Assembly (NCBI GenBank): GCA_964540825.1
Contig: CAZINT010000001.1
Location: 5,315-69,314, forward strand
DNA from: an uncultured Gammaproteobacteria bacterium
Lineage (GTDB): Bacteria > Patescibacteriota > Patescibacteriia > Magasanikbacterales > GWA2-37-8
Reading direction: 5' to 3'
Length of the DNA: 64,000 nucleotides
Part shown: positions 26,461 through 36,544 of the stretch, in pieces
How positions within the stretch are numbered: the stretch's first letter is position 1
Layout of the letters: each line of letters begins with the position of its first letter
The notes under the pieces: generated by a model
The model's database searches: none
What the model saw: the letters and a program-made list of their open reading frames with translations, nothing else
What the model was told of the DNA's origin: nothing
Translations under genes and position numbers: made by a program

Positions 26461-28917
26461 TTATATATGGGGTAAGTTGTCTTGTCGGCCCGTATCGACG
26501 CCAGGTCTTTTTAAAAGATGGGTAAGAGCGTCAAAATCTGTTTTTGCAGATTGAGGTGCTTTTTTTACGGATCCTTTGTGAAACTGAAGTGTTTTTGTTT
26601 CAGCTAAGTCTGGCGCTCCGCCTTCTAATATTGGCAGCATTTGGGTTTTAGTATGTGCAGCTGGAACACCTGCAGCCGAACTATAGTCGATTGGTTTTGG
26701 CGGTCGTTCTTTGAGGAGAGCGGTCTTGAGTTTTTCGCGGCGGGTTTTTTTATTTTCGGTGTTTTCGGTTTCCGCAAAGCCTCGGCCAAGTGTTTCTTGC
26801 TGCGCTTTTCGTTTGGCGAAAACGTTTTTGAGTCTTTCAGCAGCGCGTTCAAAAAGAGTCTGGGCTTCTTTGGTGTTTGCGTCTATCTTTTGCGGTAAGA
26901 ATTGATTGTGTGCGCGCATGTAGAACGATTGTTCGTTGTAGGTATCGGCGTTGCGAGCGGTGGTTTGTTTTACTTCGCGGGTATTTTGGTCGATTTTAAG
27001 GCCGCCGTCATGCGACCCGTAACGGTCCGTTTCTTTTTTGTAAGCTTCAAGTGCTTGGTGTACTTTTAGATCATCTTCCTCGGTCCAGGTTTTTTTGGAG
27101 CGCGAGCTGAATGTTTTGCTTTCAGTCCACAACAGTTCCTGAGCTCGGCGTCCTAACTCGAAAGCAATATCTGCTTCGCTTTTACCGTCTTTTTTCATGT
27201 CTTCACTTGTCACCCACGGATGTTGCTTTTCAATTGGTCGGCCAATTGAAAGAAGCCATAATTTTTGTTCCTGAATTCGCTGGTACATAGTTTCAAGCAG
27301 ATCAACCGACTCCTGGGAACCGTTTTTGGAAATCGCGCGAAGTCCAACTTGAATGTCTTGAAGCACGTTTATATCGTAAGGGGTTAATTGTAAATCCGCC
27401 CCCTCTACAAGGATAGCTGTACCAGTTGTGGCAAGCTCAATTAGGGCAAGCCGTTCACGATTATTTCGCAAAGAAAAATCCCAGGGTTTGGTAGGGGATT
27501 CTGTTTTGAAACGTTTATTAAACTCTTTTAATTCAGCAATTGCCTTTAAAAAATCTTTAGCAACTTCTTGTGCTTCGCGAACATGTTTTTCCTGTTGATT
27601 CACCTTACGCCACTTAGTAAGTGCTGCGTGGCGGATAGCCGCCTCTTTTTGGTGCGGAAATACATTGTTATTCTTAACTGCGTCAAGAAAAGATTTATCA
27701 GGACCGCTGCTATTAAGAATAAAAACCATGAGTAAATCTTTTAATATTTCTTGGCGTTTAGATACGGGGAGGGGTTTGTTTTCTACCCAATTTTTTTTGA
27801 GTTTGGAATATTGATCCGAAGTAAGTCCAAAAATTTCAGCTTCAGCGTTGCCGTCGGACGATTCAAACGAGCCGGTTAATAAACCGAGCTCTTTGTTCGG
27901 CACAAAAAAATCGACAATAAGCTCTTCGTTTTTTTGAAGGGTCGAAATTTTATTTTCTTCGTCAACGATCTCTTCATAGATATGAGCAAAATCTCCTTCT
28001 TGAAGAGCTGTGGTTTTGGAAACCGGGAATCGAGACCAACGGTCTTGAATTTTTTGCCACTGTTCAAATGTGAGTTTAGCGTCTTTTAAAAATGTACCTT
28101 GGGGCAGCTCGCGAGCGTTGAGAAGCTCAATGGATTTATTAATAGTTGTATGTGAAAGCTGGTGATATGTTGCTCGAATAGTTTCATGGCGCTTCTCAAT
28201 CGCTGCGTCGTTATTGGCAGCGATCTCTTTGTGCATCCAGATAAGCTGCTGCAATCGTTCTAGTTCTGTTTTGTCGCTATGGTAGCGAGGGTGAAGAGCT
28301 CGGCGGCGTGATTCAATTATCCAGTGAAATTGCAAAGACCGAATTTCGGAAGAATACAGATCAAGGTGGGGAAGATGTAGCTCGCTCGTTAAATTTTCCA
28401 GCTCTTTTCGGATTGACCGAAGCTCTGTTGAACTTTGTTCGGTTTTAGAAGTTCTTTTTTTAATTGTTGTTTTTTCTTTTTTTAGAATGTTATAGGCGAT
28501 TTCCAAATTATTCAGATCGCTGCGAATATCGTTGCCCGTATCTGGCCAGAGGAGCCAGAGCCGTTGAAGCTCTTTTTGTTGATCGGTGTCAAGAATTTTT
28601 TGTTCCTCAGGACGAAGTTTTTCACCTTGGGCAATATGAAGAAGTCCAAGCAGCAGATGTGGTGCAAGTGTTTCTTTTTTTTGAGAATTTTTTACATGAT
28701 AGCTTGTTTCGGTCGATGAAACAGGCCGTTGCTGCTGCAAAAGCGTGTAGAGATCATCTTCGTCCTGTACCTGCCATTTAGCACCCGCATCAACATGCTC
28801 AGCATGACGTTTTGGGGCATGAGGCCCCAGGTCGTTATATCGGGGTTTCCCCCGTAGATCCATGTTCATAAGTAATAGTAGTATAGCACAAAATACTAAA
28901 ACGCCCCAGCCTAGCAC
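26461..28917 (-). CDS. Large (818 aa) secreted or membrane-anchored coiled-coil hypothetical protein
   Basis: N-terminal hydrophobic segment, then charged Lys/Glu-rich repeats. No catalytic motif. Confidence 0.5.
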   Translation of the reverse strand: MLGWGVLVFCAILLLLMNMDLRGKPRYNDLGPHAPKRHAEHVDAGAKWQVQDEDDLYTLLQQQRPVSSTETSYHVKNSQKKETLAPHLLLGLLHIAQGEKLRPEEQKILDTDQQKELQRLWLLWPDTGNDIRSDLNNLEIAYNILKKEKTTIKKRTSKTEQSSTELRSIRKELENLTSELHLPHLDLYSSEIRSLQFHWIIESRRRALHPRYHSDKTELERLQQLIWMHKEIAANNDAAIEKRHETIRATYHQLSHTTINKSIELLNARELPQGTFLKDAKLTFEQWQKIQDRWSRFPVSKTTALQEGDFAHIYEEIVDEENKISTLQKNEELIVDFFVPNKELGLLTGSFESSDGNAEAEIFGLTSDQYSKLKKNWVENKPLPVSKRQEILKDLLMVFILNSSGPDKSFLDAVKNNNVFPHQKEAAIRHAALTKWRKVNQQEKHVREAQEVAKDFLKAIAELKEFNKRFKTESPTKPWDFSLRNNRERLALIELATTGTAILVEGADLQLTPYDINVLQDIQVGLRAISKNGSQESVDLLETMYQRIQEQKLWLLSIGRPIEKQHPWVTSEDMKKDGKSEADIAFELGRRAQELLWTESKTFSSRSKKTWTEEDDLKVHQALEAYKKETDRYGSHDGGLKIDQNTREVKQTTARNADTYNEQSFYMRAHNQFLPQKIDANTKEAQTLFERAAERLKNVFAKRKAQQETLGRGFAETENTENKKTRREKLKTALLKERPPKPIDYSSAAGVPAAHTKTQMLPILEGGAPDLAETKTLQFHKGSVKKAPQSAKTDFDALTHLLKRPGVDTGRQDNLPHI

Positions 28918-29041
28918 ATTTTAAGCCTTTTGTCAATATGTACCAGGCCTCTTTAGGCTAAGATAAGCTGATTCGTAAGCCTTGATTTCTTGGCTAAAAG
29001 CCTGTATGCTACGGGGACGGTATAATTCATTAGTATTACGT

Positions 29042-30910
29042 ATGAAAGATTTTTTAAAGAATTTTTTACTTATTTTTGGGGCCTTACTTCTTATTGCCGG
29101 CGGTCTTAGTCTGGTTAAATGGAATAGCGCCCAAAAGCCGGAAATTGTTGGTGTTAACCAGCTGGCCGAAGAGATTAATGCCGGCAAAGTTAAAAAGATT
29201 GTTGTTCAGGGCGATACACTCAGTATTGAGCTTAACGACGCCAAAGCTGCGCCGCAGGAAGTCAAAAAAGAAGCTCAGGAATCATTTGGCGACATCATGA
29301 AAAATTATGGCGTGACCGATGAAGCCCGGGCCAAATTACAGGTAGAAATTAAAGATCAGAGTTCCTGGAAATTTTGGCTGGCTAATTTGATATTGCCGGC
29401 GCTGCCAGTCCTGATGCTGCTTGGGTTTCTGTTCTTCATGACCCGCGGCATGCAGGGAATGAACAATAAAGCGATGGGCTTTGGGCAGAGTAACCCGCGC
29501 CAAGTAAAGCCGGACGATAAAGATAAAAAAACATTTAAGGATGTAGCGGGCGCCAAAGAAGCCAAAGAAGAATTGGTTGAAATCGTTGATTTTTTGAAAG
29601 ATCCTAAAAAATTTGCCGAAATCGGCGCGAAGATCCCCAAGGGTGTTCTCTTAACCGGTACACCTGGTACTGGTAAAACCTTACTTGCGAAAGCGGTAGC
29701 CGGGGAAGCCGACGTGCCATTTTTCCACATGAGCGGTTCAGAATTTGTAGAAATGTTTGTAGGTGTTGGTGCGAGCCGTGTACGCGACCTTTTTGCGAAA
29801 GCAAAAAAAGCTGCTCCGGCCATTATCTTTATTGATGAAATTGATGCCGTAGGCCGTCGCCGCGGTGCGGGTATGGGCGGCGGGCATGATGAACGCGAGC
29901 AGACGCTTAACCAAATTTTGGTTGAAATGGACGGGTTTGAGCCAAATCTTGGTGTTATAATTATGGCGGCCACCAACCGCCCGGATGTACTTGATCCGGC
30001 ACTCCTTCGCCCGGGTCGTTTTGATCGCCGGGTGACGATTGACATGCCGGACATCCGTGACCGTGAAGAGATTTTGAAAATTCATGCGATGGGCAAACCC
30101 TTTGCTCCGGAAGTTTCGATGCGTAAGATTGCGGAGCGTACCCCGGGATTTTCGGGGGCAGACCTCGCGAACCTTTTGAATGAAGCCGCGATTTTGACCG
30201 TGCGCAAAGGCATGAAAGTAATTACCGAAAACGAAATTTTACCAAGTATCGAAAAAGTACTCCTCGGACCTGAGCGCAAGAGTAGGGTTATTTCGGATCA
30301 TGATAAAAAAGTTACCGCCTACCACGAAGCAGGGCATGCCATCGTTGGATATCTCTTGCCAAATTGCGATCCGGTTCGCAAAGTATCGATCATTTCACGC
30401 GGCTCTGCGGGTGGCTACACGCTTAAGATGCCAACCGAAGACAAGCATTATCACACACTTGCACAGTTCCGTGATGACCTCGCCATGTCGCTTGGCGGCT
30501 ATGTTGTAGAAAAAATGGTCTTCGGTGACGGTAATATTTCAACTGGCCCATCGAGCGATTTACGCAACGCTACCAAGCTTGCTCGCGGCATGGTGACCCA
30601 GTATGGTATGAGTACTAAGCTCGGTCCCCGTACGTTTGGCGAAAGCGAGGGTATGGTATTCCTCGGCGGTGAATCGCACGCTGAGCGTGATTATAGCGAC
30701 AAGACGGCCGAGATTATCGACCAAGAAGTGTTGGCGCTTATCTCGGAAGCCGAAACGCGCGCACGCGACCTCATGACCAAAAATAAAGCGGCTATGGAAC
30801 GCATGGTGGCAGCCCTTATTGAAAAAGAAACAATTGAACAGGATGAAATTAAAGCAATTATGGGTGAGCCGCCTCAGAAATCCGAAGTGGTTTTGGAAAA
30901 TCAAGTTTAA
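29042..30910 (+). CDS. ftsH: ATP-dependent zinc metalloprotease FtsH
   Basis: N-terminal TM helix, a Walker A-like motif (TGTPGTGKT) and the zinc motif HEAGHA. A TATAAT box at 29021-29026 lies just upstream. The start is most likely the ATG at 29042. Confidence 0.95.
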   Translation: MKDFLKNFLLIFGALLLIAGGLSLVKWNSAQKPEIVGVNQLAEEINAGKVKKIVVQGDTLSIELNDAKAAPQEVKKEAQESFGDIMKNYGVTDEARAKLQVEIKDQSSWKFWLANLILPALPVLMLLGFLFFMTRGMQGMNNKAMGFGQSNPRQVKPDDKDKKTFKDVAGAKEAKEELVEIVDFLKDPKKFAEIGAKIPKGVLLTGTPGTGKTLLAKAVAGEADVPFFHMSGSEFVEMFVGVGASRVRDLFAKAKKAAPAIIFIDEIDAVGRRRGAGMGGGHDEREQTLNQILVEMDGFEPNLGVIIMAATNRPDVLDPALLRPGRFDRRVTIDMPDIRDREEILKIHAMGKPFAPEVSMRKIAERTPGFSGADLANLLNEAAILTVRKGMKVITENEILPSIEKVLLGPERKSRVISDHDKKVTAYHEAGHAIVGYLLPNCDPVRKVSIISRGSAGGYTLKMPTEDKHYHTLAQFRDDLAMSLGGYVVEKMVFGDGNISTGPSSDLRNATKLARGMVTQYGMSTKLGPRTFGESEGMVFLGGESHAERDYSDKTAEIIDQEVLALISEAETRARDLMTKNKAAMERMVAALIEKETIEQDEIKAIMGEPPQKSEVVLENQV

Positions 30911-30920
30911 GACGTAACCT

Positions 30921-30955
30921 AAAATCCCTCGTTCACGTGAACGAGGGATTTTTAA
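30921..30955. terminator. Bidirectional intrinsic terminator
   Basis: 13 bp stem atccctcgttcac/gtgaacgagggat flanked by A and T runs. Confidence 0.55.
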
Positions 30956-31015
30956 ATAGTGAGAACGGGCCGATGCTGCAAACGCTTTGCAGCATCGGCG
31001 AGTGAAGGAAAAACT

Positions 31016-31552
31016 TCAACCGAACACCCGCCCTTTGTCGGTCCGGACGGTGTCCAGCCTCGAGTAGCGAGGCTCCACATCGGACAGGGTTGTGGGCTTG
31101 CGCAAATGCCGGGCGATGACGAGCAGGCATAGGGACATGCCGATCATCACAGCGGGCTTTCGGTTGGTACCGAGTTCGACCCAGCACTCGTAGAGTGTGT
31201 AGCCGGTCGAGCGCGCGCCGATGAGCAGTGCACTACTCGCTGCCGCCAGCCACTTGATGCGGTCGGTGCGCTTGAGCCAGCGCCAGCGCCCGCTCAAGAA
31301 CAGCAGGATCATGAGCCCGCCAACGAAGACCGGCCAGAGCGAGCGCGCAGGCAGGCGGATGGTGGGGAGCTGTGCGCGTCCTGTCCACCCTGGTTCGAAC
31401 GAGGCGTAGGACAGGGTGAAGCACCCGATGATCAGCACGCCGAACGCATACTGATAGAAGGTGCTAAGGACGTCGCGGCCGAACCACCAGGCCAGACTCA
31501 GGACGAGTCCAACCAGTCCAAGCGGCCACAGATGGGGAAGGGCATTGATCAT
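31016..31552 (-). CDS. Hypothetical polytopic membrane protein in a GC-rich block
   Basis: ATG at 31552 preceded by GGAGGT plus a 5 nt spacer. It has 4-5 hydrophobic helices and is GC-rich. The SD lies in the 3' arm of a perfect 7 bp hairpin (CCAGGAT-TATT-ATCCTGG). Confidence 0.45.
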   Translation of the reverse strand: MINALPHLWPLGLVGLVLSLAWWFGRDVLSTFYQYAFGVLIIGCFTLSYASFEPGWTGRAQLPTIRLPARSLWPVFVGGLMILLFLSGRWRWLKRTDRIKWLAAASSALLIGARSTGYTLYECWVELGTNRKPAVMIGMSLCLLVIARHLRKPTTLSDVEPRYSRLDTVRTDKGRVFG

Positions 31553-31741
31553 GGTGTACCTCCAGGATAATAATCCTGGCAACTGTTCCTCGGGTTCGAG
31601 AAGTATTTGCCAGAATCTCTATCATGCTACCGTTATTTCTTAACGAGAAAATGTATCATAGTGAGGGGTGTATGTCAATATGTAACTGCCGATAAAAGTG
31701 TGCTATACTATCTCTATTCAAAATAGTTATTTTTTAACCCT

Positions 31742-32719
31742 GTGAATGGTATGCGTGAGCCAACCTATGGACGAGCACTCCTCAAATCGTGGCGCTTTGT
31801 CTGGCATAATAAAATTATTTGGATTTTTGGGTTGCTTGCTTTGCTGGTTGGACAATTCGGTTTGAACCATTTTATCGGGCAGCTTCTACTCCTTGGCAGC
31901 AATACTGCTGCGCCTGGTAGCCTGTTTGCTTGGCCTGATAGCTGGCCGGTCTGGCAAATTACGACTGTTGAACAAGGACTGCTTTTTAGTTGGCTCCTGG
32001 TTATCGCACTTGCAATTGGTGTTTTGGCAGTCGTTATGGGTGTTTTGAGTCAGGGGGCGCTCATAGCGAGCGCAGCCGATTATTTTAAAAATGAAACCCC
32101 GCCGCGACTTTCGCGCGCCTGGCACAAGTCAGTACGCCGCTTTTGGCCGCTCCTCTCGCTTAACATCATTCAAAAAATTATCAGTGGAGGTATTTGGGTG
32201 CTTACTTTTTATCTGCTCAGTATTTTTAAGGCCGAGACTGTCAGTGGCTTTTGTGCTACCGTTATTACTATCGGTGTAGCTGGCCTCCTCATGCTTACGG
32301 TAACTGCAGTTACGATTTACGCAGCTGGTTATATTGTAGAGTATAATTTTTCGCTCCTCGCTGGTCTGGTAGAAGGTTTGCGTTTATTCGAAGAACATGT
32401 TTTGGTTTCTTTAGAAGTAAGTCTTATCCTCGTAGCCTGCACGCTAGCGCTCTATGGGGTGGTGTATGTTGGCGCACTCCTTACACTTATTCCTTCGTGG
32501 TTTATTTGGGTTACCGCTGGTTTTACGGGTTCGTTCGGGCTTTTTGCTGTCGGTATGGTGGTAGCGTTGTTTTTGTTTGGAATAATGGTGGCAGTGCTCG
32601 GAGCGATTTTCAATGCATTTACAACCAGTACCTGGATGTATTTCTTTATGCGCATGCACCACCAAGGTGTAGCAAGCCGTATTATTAATTTTGTTGAGCG
32701 CACGATTCGAGTTAACTAA
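31742..32719 (+). CDS. Hypothetical polytopic membrane protein
   Basis: Multiple TM helices. It lies immediately upstream of pilB. Confidence 0.5.
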   Translation: MNGMREPTYGRALLKSWRFVWHNKIIWIFGLLALLVGQFGLNHFIGQLLLLGSNTAAPGSLFAWPDSWPVWQITTVEQGLLFSWLLVIALAIGVLAVVMGVLSQGALIASAADYFKNETPPRLSRAWHKSVRRFWPLLSLNIIQKIISGGIWVLTFYLLSIFKAETVSGFCATVITIGVAGLLMLTVTAVTIYAAGYIVEYNFSLLAGLVEGLRLFEEHVLVSLEVSLILVACTLALYGVVYVGALLTLIPSWFIWVTAGFTGSFGLFAVGMVVALFLFGIMVAVLGAIFNAFTTSTWMYFFMRMHHQGVASRIINFVERTIRVN

Positions 32720-32731
32720 TATATATGCTGT

Positions 32732-34483
32732 ATGTCTGATTTTCCTTCGATTAATGATCTGGTAAAAAAAACTTCAGGTAAAGCTTCTGCAGCAGGCAGT
32801 GCGGCTGCGGCAGTACCCGCGCCAACAACGGTTGATATCGACAGTACGGAAGGCAAATTTGCCGAAAAAATGAAAGCTATTGGGCTCAAAGAAAAGGAAG
32901 ATATGGTTGCTGCAGAGGCCGCGGCCTTAGGAGTGCCCTATATTGATTTAACTGGTTTTCCGATATCAGCGGAAGCACTCCGGGTTTTGCCCGAAGCCGA
33001 CGCTCGCGCCGAGCGCGTGGTTTGTTTTTTCTTCAATGGCGACGAACTTCGGTTGGGAGCCCTTCAAAAAACAAAAGAAGTTGATGAGCTGGCGTATCAG
33101 CTGGGGGAGCGGCTACATGCCCGAGTTGGGGTATATATGATTTCAGAACACAGTCTCGAAAAAGCGCTGGGTTTTTATGCGAATTTGCCGATCGTTAAAC
33201 CGGTTACCAAAGATATTAATATTACTGATGAAGAATTAGAAAAATTTGGTGTCGGGATCGATAACTTATCAAGTCTGCAAGAAAAATTTAAGAATGTTTC
33301 GATTACTGATATTTTAACGCTGATGATCGCCTCGGCGCTTAAGGTAAATTCTTCAGATATGCACGTTGAGGCAGAAGAAAACGGTATTGCGGTGCGCTAT
33401 CGTATTGACGGGGTTTTGCATGATGTGGCTAATTTACCAAAAGAACAATGGAAACGTTTTATTTCGCGCATTAAACTTCTAGCCGCGCTTAAAATTAATG
33501 TTTCCGAGCGTCCGCAAGATGGACGAGTTACGCTTAAACTGACTTCGGGCAGTCTCGATGTTCGCGTCTCAACGATGCCAACGACCTATGGTGAGAGTGT
33601 GGTAATGCGTATTTTGCATAGCGGCAGCAAGGGAGTTACGTTTGATGACTTGGGGCTTCGCGGGGACGCGCATGATCGCCTCAAGCGCGAAATTGAGCGG
33701 CCTAATGGGATGATTATTACGACCGGTCCAACCGGAAGCGGTAAGACAACGACCATGTATGCTATACTCCGCACCCTTAATAAGCCCGGTGTAAACATTA
33801 TTACGCTCGAAGACCCGGTGGAAATTAAAATGGAAGGCATTAATCAAAGCCAGGTGGAGTCGTCGCACGACTATACGTTTGCCAAGGGGCTTAAAAGTAT
33901 TTTGCGCCAAGACCCGGATATTTGTATGGTTGGTGAAATCCGCGATCTTGAAACGGCGGAAATTTCTATTCAAACCGCGCTGACGGGCCACCTTATGCTC
34001 TCAACGATTCATACCAATAGTGCGTCTGGTGCAATTCCGCGCTTTTTATCCATGGGTGTAAAGCCGTTTTTATTGGCTCCGGCGCTTAATTCGGTTATCG
34101 GGCAGCGTTTAGTGCGTCGTATTTGCGAAGTATGCCGCGAAGAAAAAGCGCTTACTCCCGAGCAGGCTGATCGAGTACAAAAAGTATTCAGCTCGCTGCC
34201 AGAGGCAGAAAAGAAAAATATTGATGTAACTAATTTGCATTTTTATATGGGCAAGGGCTGCGAAGCTTGCAGTGGCCTTGGGTACAAGGGCCGCATTGGT
34301 ATTTACGAAATATTTACTATGAGCAAAGAAATTGAGCAGGTTATCTTGAGTGCTCAGGTGTCGGAATATGTTATCCAAGAATTGGCGGTTAAAAACGGTA
34401 TGGTGACTATGGTGCAAGATGGGCTGTTGAAAGCGCTCGACAAAATTACTAGTGTCGAAGAGGTGTTCCGTGTCACTGAATAA
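32732..34483 (+). CDS. pilB: Type IV pilus / type II secretion assembly ATPase (GspE/PilB family)
   Basis: It has the Walker A motif TGPTGSGKTTT, the GspE signature and a C-terminal CxxC...CxxC motif, and is 583 aa. Confidence 0.85.
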   Translation: MSDFPSINDLVKKTSGKASAAGSAAAAVPAPTTVDIDSTEGKFAEKMKAIGLKEKEDMVAAEAAALGVPYIDLTGFPISAEALRVLPEADARAERVVCFFFNGDELRLGALQKTKEVDELAYQLGERLHARVGVYMISEHSLEKALGFYANLPIVKPVTKDINITDEELEKFGVGIDNLSSLQEKFKNVSITDILTLMIASALKVNSSDMHVEAEENGIAVRYRIDGVLHDVANLPKEQWKRFISRIKLLAALKINVSERPQDGRVTLKLTSGSLDVRVSTMPTTYGESVVMRILHSGSKGVTFDDLGLRGDAHDRLKREIERPNGMIITTGPTGSGKTTTMYAILRTLNKPGVNIITLEDPVEIKMEGINQSQVESSHDYTFAKGLKSILRQDPDICMVGEIRDLETAEISIQTALTGHLMLSTIHTNSASGAIPRFLSMGVKPFLLAPALNSVIGQRLVRRICEVCREEKALTPEQADRVQKVFSSLPEAEKKNIDVTNLHFYMGKGCEACSGLGYKGRIGIYEIFTMSKEIEQVILSAQVSEYVIQELAVKNGMVTMVQDGLLKALDKITSVEEVFRVTE

Positions 34484-34508
34484 TAAAATATCGAATTTCT
34501 AATGCTCC

Positions 34509-34526
34509 ATGTCAAAAATTTGACAT
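34509..34526. promoter_or_regulatory. Perfect 18 bp palindrome ATGTCAAAAATTTGACAT (candidate operator) upstream of an extended -10
   Basis: Palindrome seen directly. A TGgTATACT extended -10 lies at 34575-34583, about 40 nt upstream of the 34624 start. Confidence 0.3.
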
Positions 34527-34623
34527 TGGAAACGAGGGTTTTTACAGTGGGGACTTTTTACATCACTCGAGTTGTGGTATACTACGTATACTTTATTACC
34601 AATTTCTAAGTAACTTTTACTTT

Positions 34624-35763
34624 ATGATGATCCGTCGCATGGAAACAAGTCCGGCTCCAGAGCCGCCAGTACGTTTTTATAAAATTATTGCCCTATCATT
34701 TTTGTTTTTAACGGTCATTATTTTGGGTGTTGTAGTTTTTATTACTTCTAAAAAGGCGACAATTGTCGTGGTTTCCAAACAAGATAGTCAAACTGTGCCG
34801 CTGACGATTAAAGTTACTCCAGACAATGCGGGTGGGCAAACGATTCCGGGCACCGTAAGCTCAACTTCTTTTGTGTGGTCAAACACCTATTATCCAACCG
34901 GAACTAAAGTTATTGAAGGCACTGCCGGCGGGCAAGTAACCTTGTACAATAAAACCGCCGTTCCTCAAACGCTGGTTAAAACTACCCGCTTGCTCTCGCC
35001 AAATGGTGTATTGTTCCGTTTGTCTGATACGGTAATTGTGCAGGCTAACGGTGACATCACGGCCACCGTGTATGCAGATAAGCCTGGTGCAGATAGCGAT
35101 ATTGCAGCTAGTCAGTTTACTATTCCAGGGCTCGCCGAAGAAAAACAAAAAACAATTTATGCTGTCAGCACCGCGGCTATGACCGGCGGCGCTAAGAAAG
35201 TTGGGGTACTCAGTGATGATGATATTGCTAACGCGCTTAAAGATTATAAGGATAAAGTAAAAGATGCCTTCCTTGCGACTATTAAAGACGCTTCTTCGAG
35301 CCAGGCAGTCATGCTCATTAATCAAAATGTATCAGCAAATCATAAAGCAGGGGACGAAGTGGCTGATTTTACCATACAGGGAACCAATACTATTTTAGTG
35401 GTTTCGTATAATTCCGCCGATTTGGCGAAGCTGCTTAATGATGCGCTGAGCACCAAATTCGATAGCTCATCCGAAAAATTATTGTCGCTCAATAAAGATC
35501 CGGTTGTAAATGTTGGTTCGTATGATGTAGCTAATCGTACAGCGGATTTATCGGTAACCCAGGAAGTTGTGGTAACGCTTGATTCAAATGGCGACAAACT
35601 GCTCGCCAAGAATTTCCTTGGCAAAAAGAAAGAAGATATTCAGCGCTATATTTTAGGTCTTGATCATGTTTCGGGTGTTGATGTGCAATTCTCGCCAGGC
35701 TGGATGCTGAGTGCTCCGAGTGTGCCCGACCGAATCAAGGTGGTGGTTAAAAACATGAATTAA
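34624..35763 (+). CDS. Hypothetical membrane-anchored protein (N-terminal TM, extracytoplasmic body)
   Basis: One TM helix followed by a Thr/Val-rich beta-type sequence. It lies downstream of pilB. Confidence 0.5.
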   Translation: MMIRRMETSPAPEPPVRFYKIIALSFLFLTVIILGVVVFITSKKATIVVVSKQDSQTVPLTIKVTPDNAGGQTIPGTVSSTSFVWSNTYYPTGTKVIEGTAGGQVTLYNKTAVPQTLVKTTRLLSPNGVLFRLSDTVIVQANGDITATVYADKPGADSDIAASQFTIPGLAEEKQKTIYAVSTAAMTGGAKKVGVLSDDDIANALKDYKDKVKDAFLATIKDASSSQAVMLINQNVSANHKAGDEVADFTIQGTNTILVVSYNSADLAKLLNDALSTKFDSSSEKLLSLNKDPVVNVGSYDVANRTADLSVTQEVVVTLDSNGDKLLAKNFLGKKKEDIQRYILGLDHVSGVDVQFSPGWMLSAPSVPDRIKVVVKNMN

Positions 35764-35996
35764 GTAAGAATTCTATAAAATAGTTGACACCCTGGTTCAT
35801 TTTTGATAAAAAGTACGTAGTACAGAGTCCAAAAACCAGCCCAGCCCCAACGGGGTATGGTACCACTTTTGGCGCTGACCCAAAGTCAGCATGTGCTGAA
35901 CAATTCCACGCAAAAGTTAATTATTCGGGTGGAACCGTCTTAAATCTTTAAGACCCCGATGTCTCTATACAGAGGCGTCGGGGTATTTTTTTACCT

Positions 35997-36536
35997 ATGG
36001 ATACACTAAAAATTGACCAAAATCTCTTTGCTGAAGCCTATTCGGCAGCTGCAATCGGTGAGCGAATTCGTGAAATTGCCCGTAGCATTGAGCAGGATTT
36101 GCCGGGCAGTACGCCGGTTATGCTGGGGGTAATGAAGGGAGCGGTTATTTTCTTGGCCGATCTCGTTCGAGCAATTACTGCTCTTGACCTCGAGATTGAT
36201 TATGTTCAGATAAAAAGTTATGGTAATGAGGAGGTTTCTTCGGGGAAAATCGAGCTGGTGCAGGCCCCGGGATTGCCCTTGGCCGGCCGCGATGTCATAA
36301 TTGTTGAAGACATTATTGATAGCGGCCAAACCGTTAATTTTTTACGTGAGTATGTTATGAAGCAAGGGGCCGCAAGTGTTCGGGTTGCCACCCTCCTCTA
36401 TAAACAGGAGTCAGCCAAACTGGATGTTCCGGCTGAGTATATTGGCTTTAGTATTCCCAATAACTTTGTTATCGGCTACGGGCTCGACTATAAGCAGTTG
36501 AAACGTAATTTGCCGAGTATTTATTCAAAACAATAA
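35997..36536 (+). CDS. hpt: Hypoxanthine phosphoribosyltransferase
   Basis: It has the PRPP-binding motif VIIVEDIIDSGQT and is 179 aa. Confidence 0.85.
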   Translation: MDTLKIDQNLFAEAYSAAAIGERIREIARSIEQDLPGSTPVMLGVMKGAVIFLADLVRAITALDLEIDYVQIKSYGNEEVSSGKIELVQAPGLPLAGRDVIIVEDIIDSGQTVNFLREYVMKQGAASVRVATLLYKQESAKLDVPAEYIGFSIPNNFVIGYGLDYKQLKRNLPSIYSKQ

Positions 36537-36544
36537 TTTTTCCT

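Noticed and set aside
28982-29041. 5' extension of ftsH (MISWLKACMLRGRY...)
   Set aside because: A TATAAT box sits inside it at 29021-29026. The canonical FtsH N-terminus (short cytoplasmic stretch then a TM helix) begins at the ATG at 29042.
35880-35960. Possible purine (guanine/adenine) riboswitch upstream of hpt
   Set aside because: There is partial resemblance (CACGCAA..GTT..CCGT..AAAT), but the P2 stem partner (GCGTGG) and the conserved J1-2/J3-1 positions are absent. It is kept only as a generic structured-leader finding.
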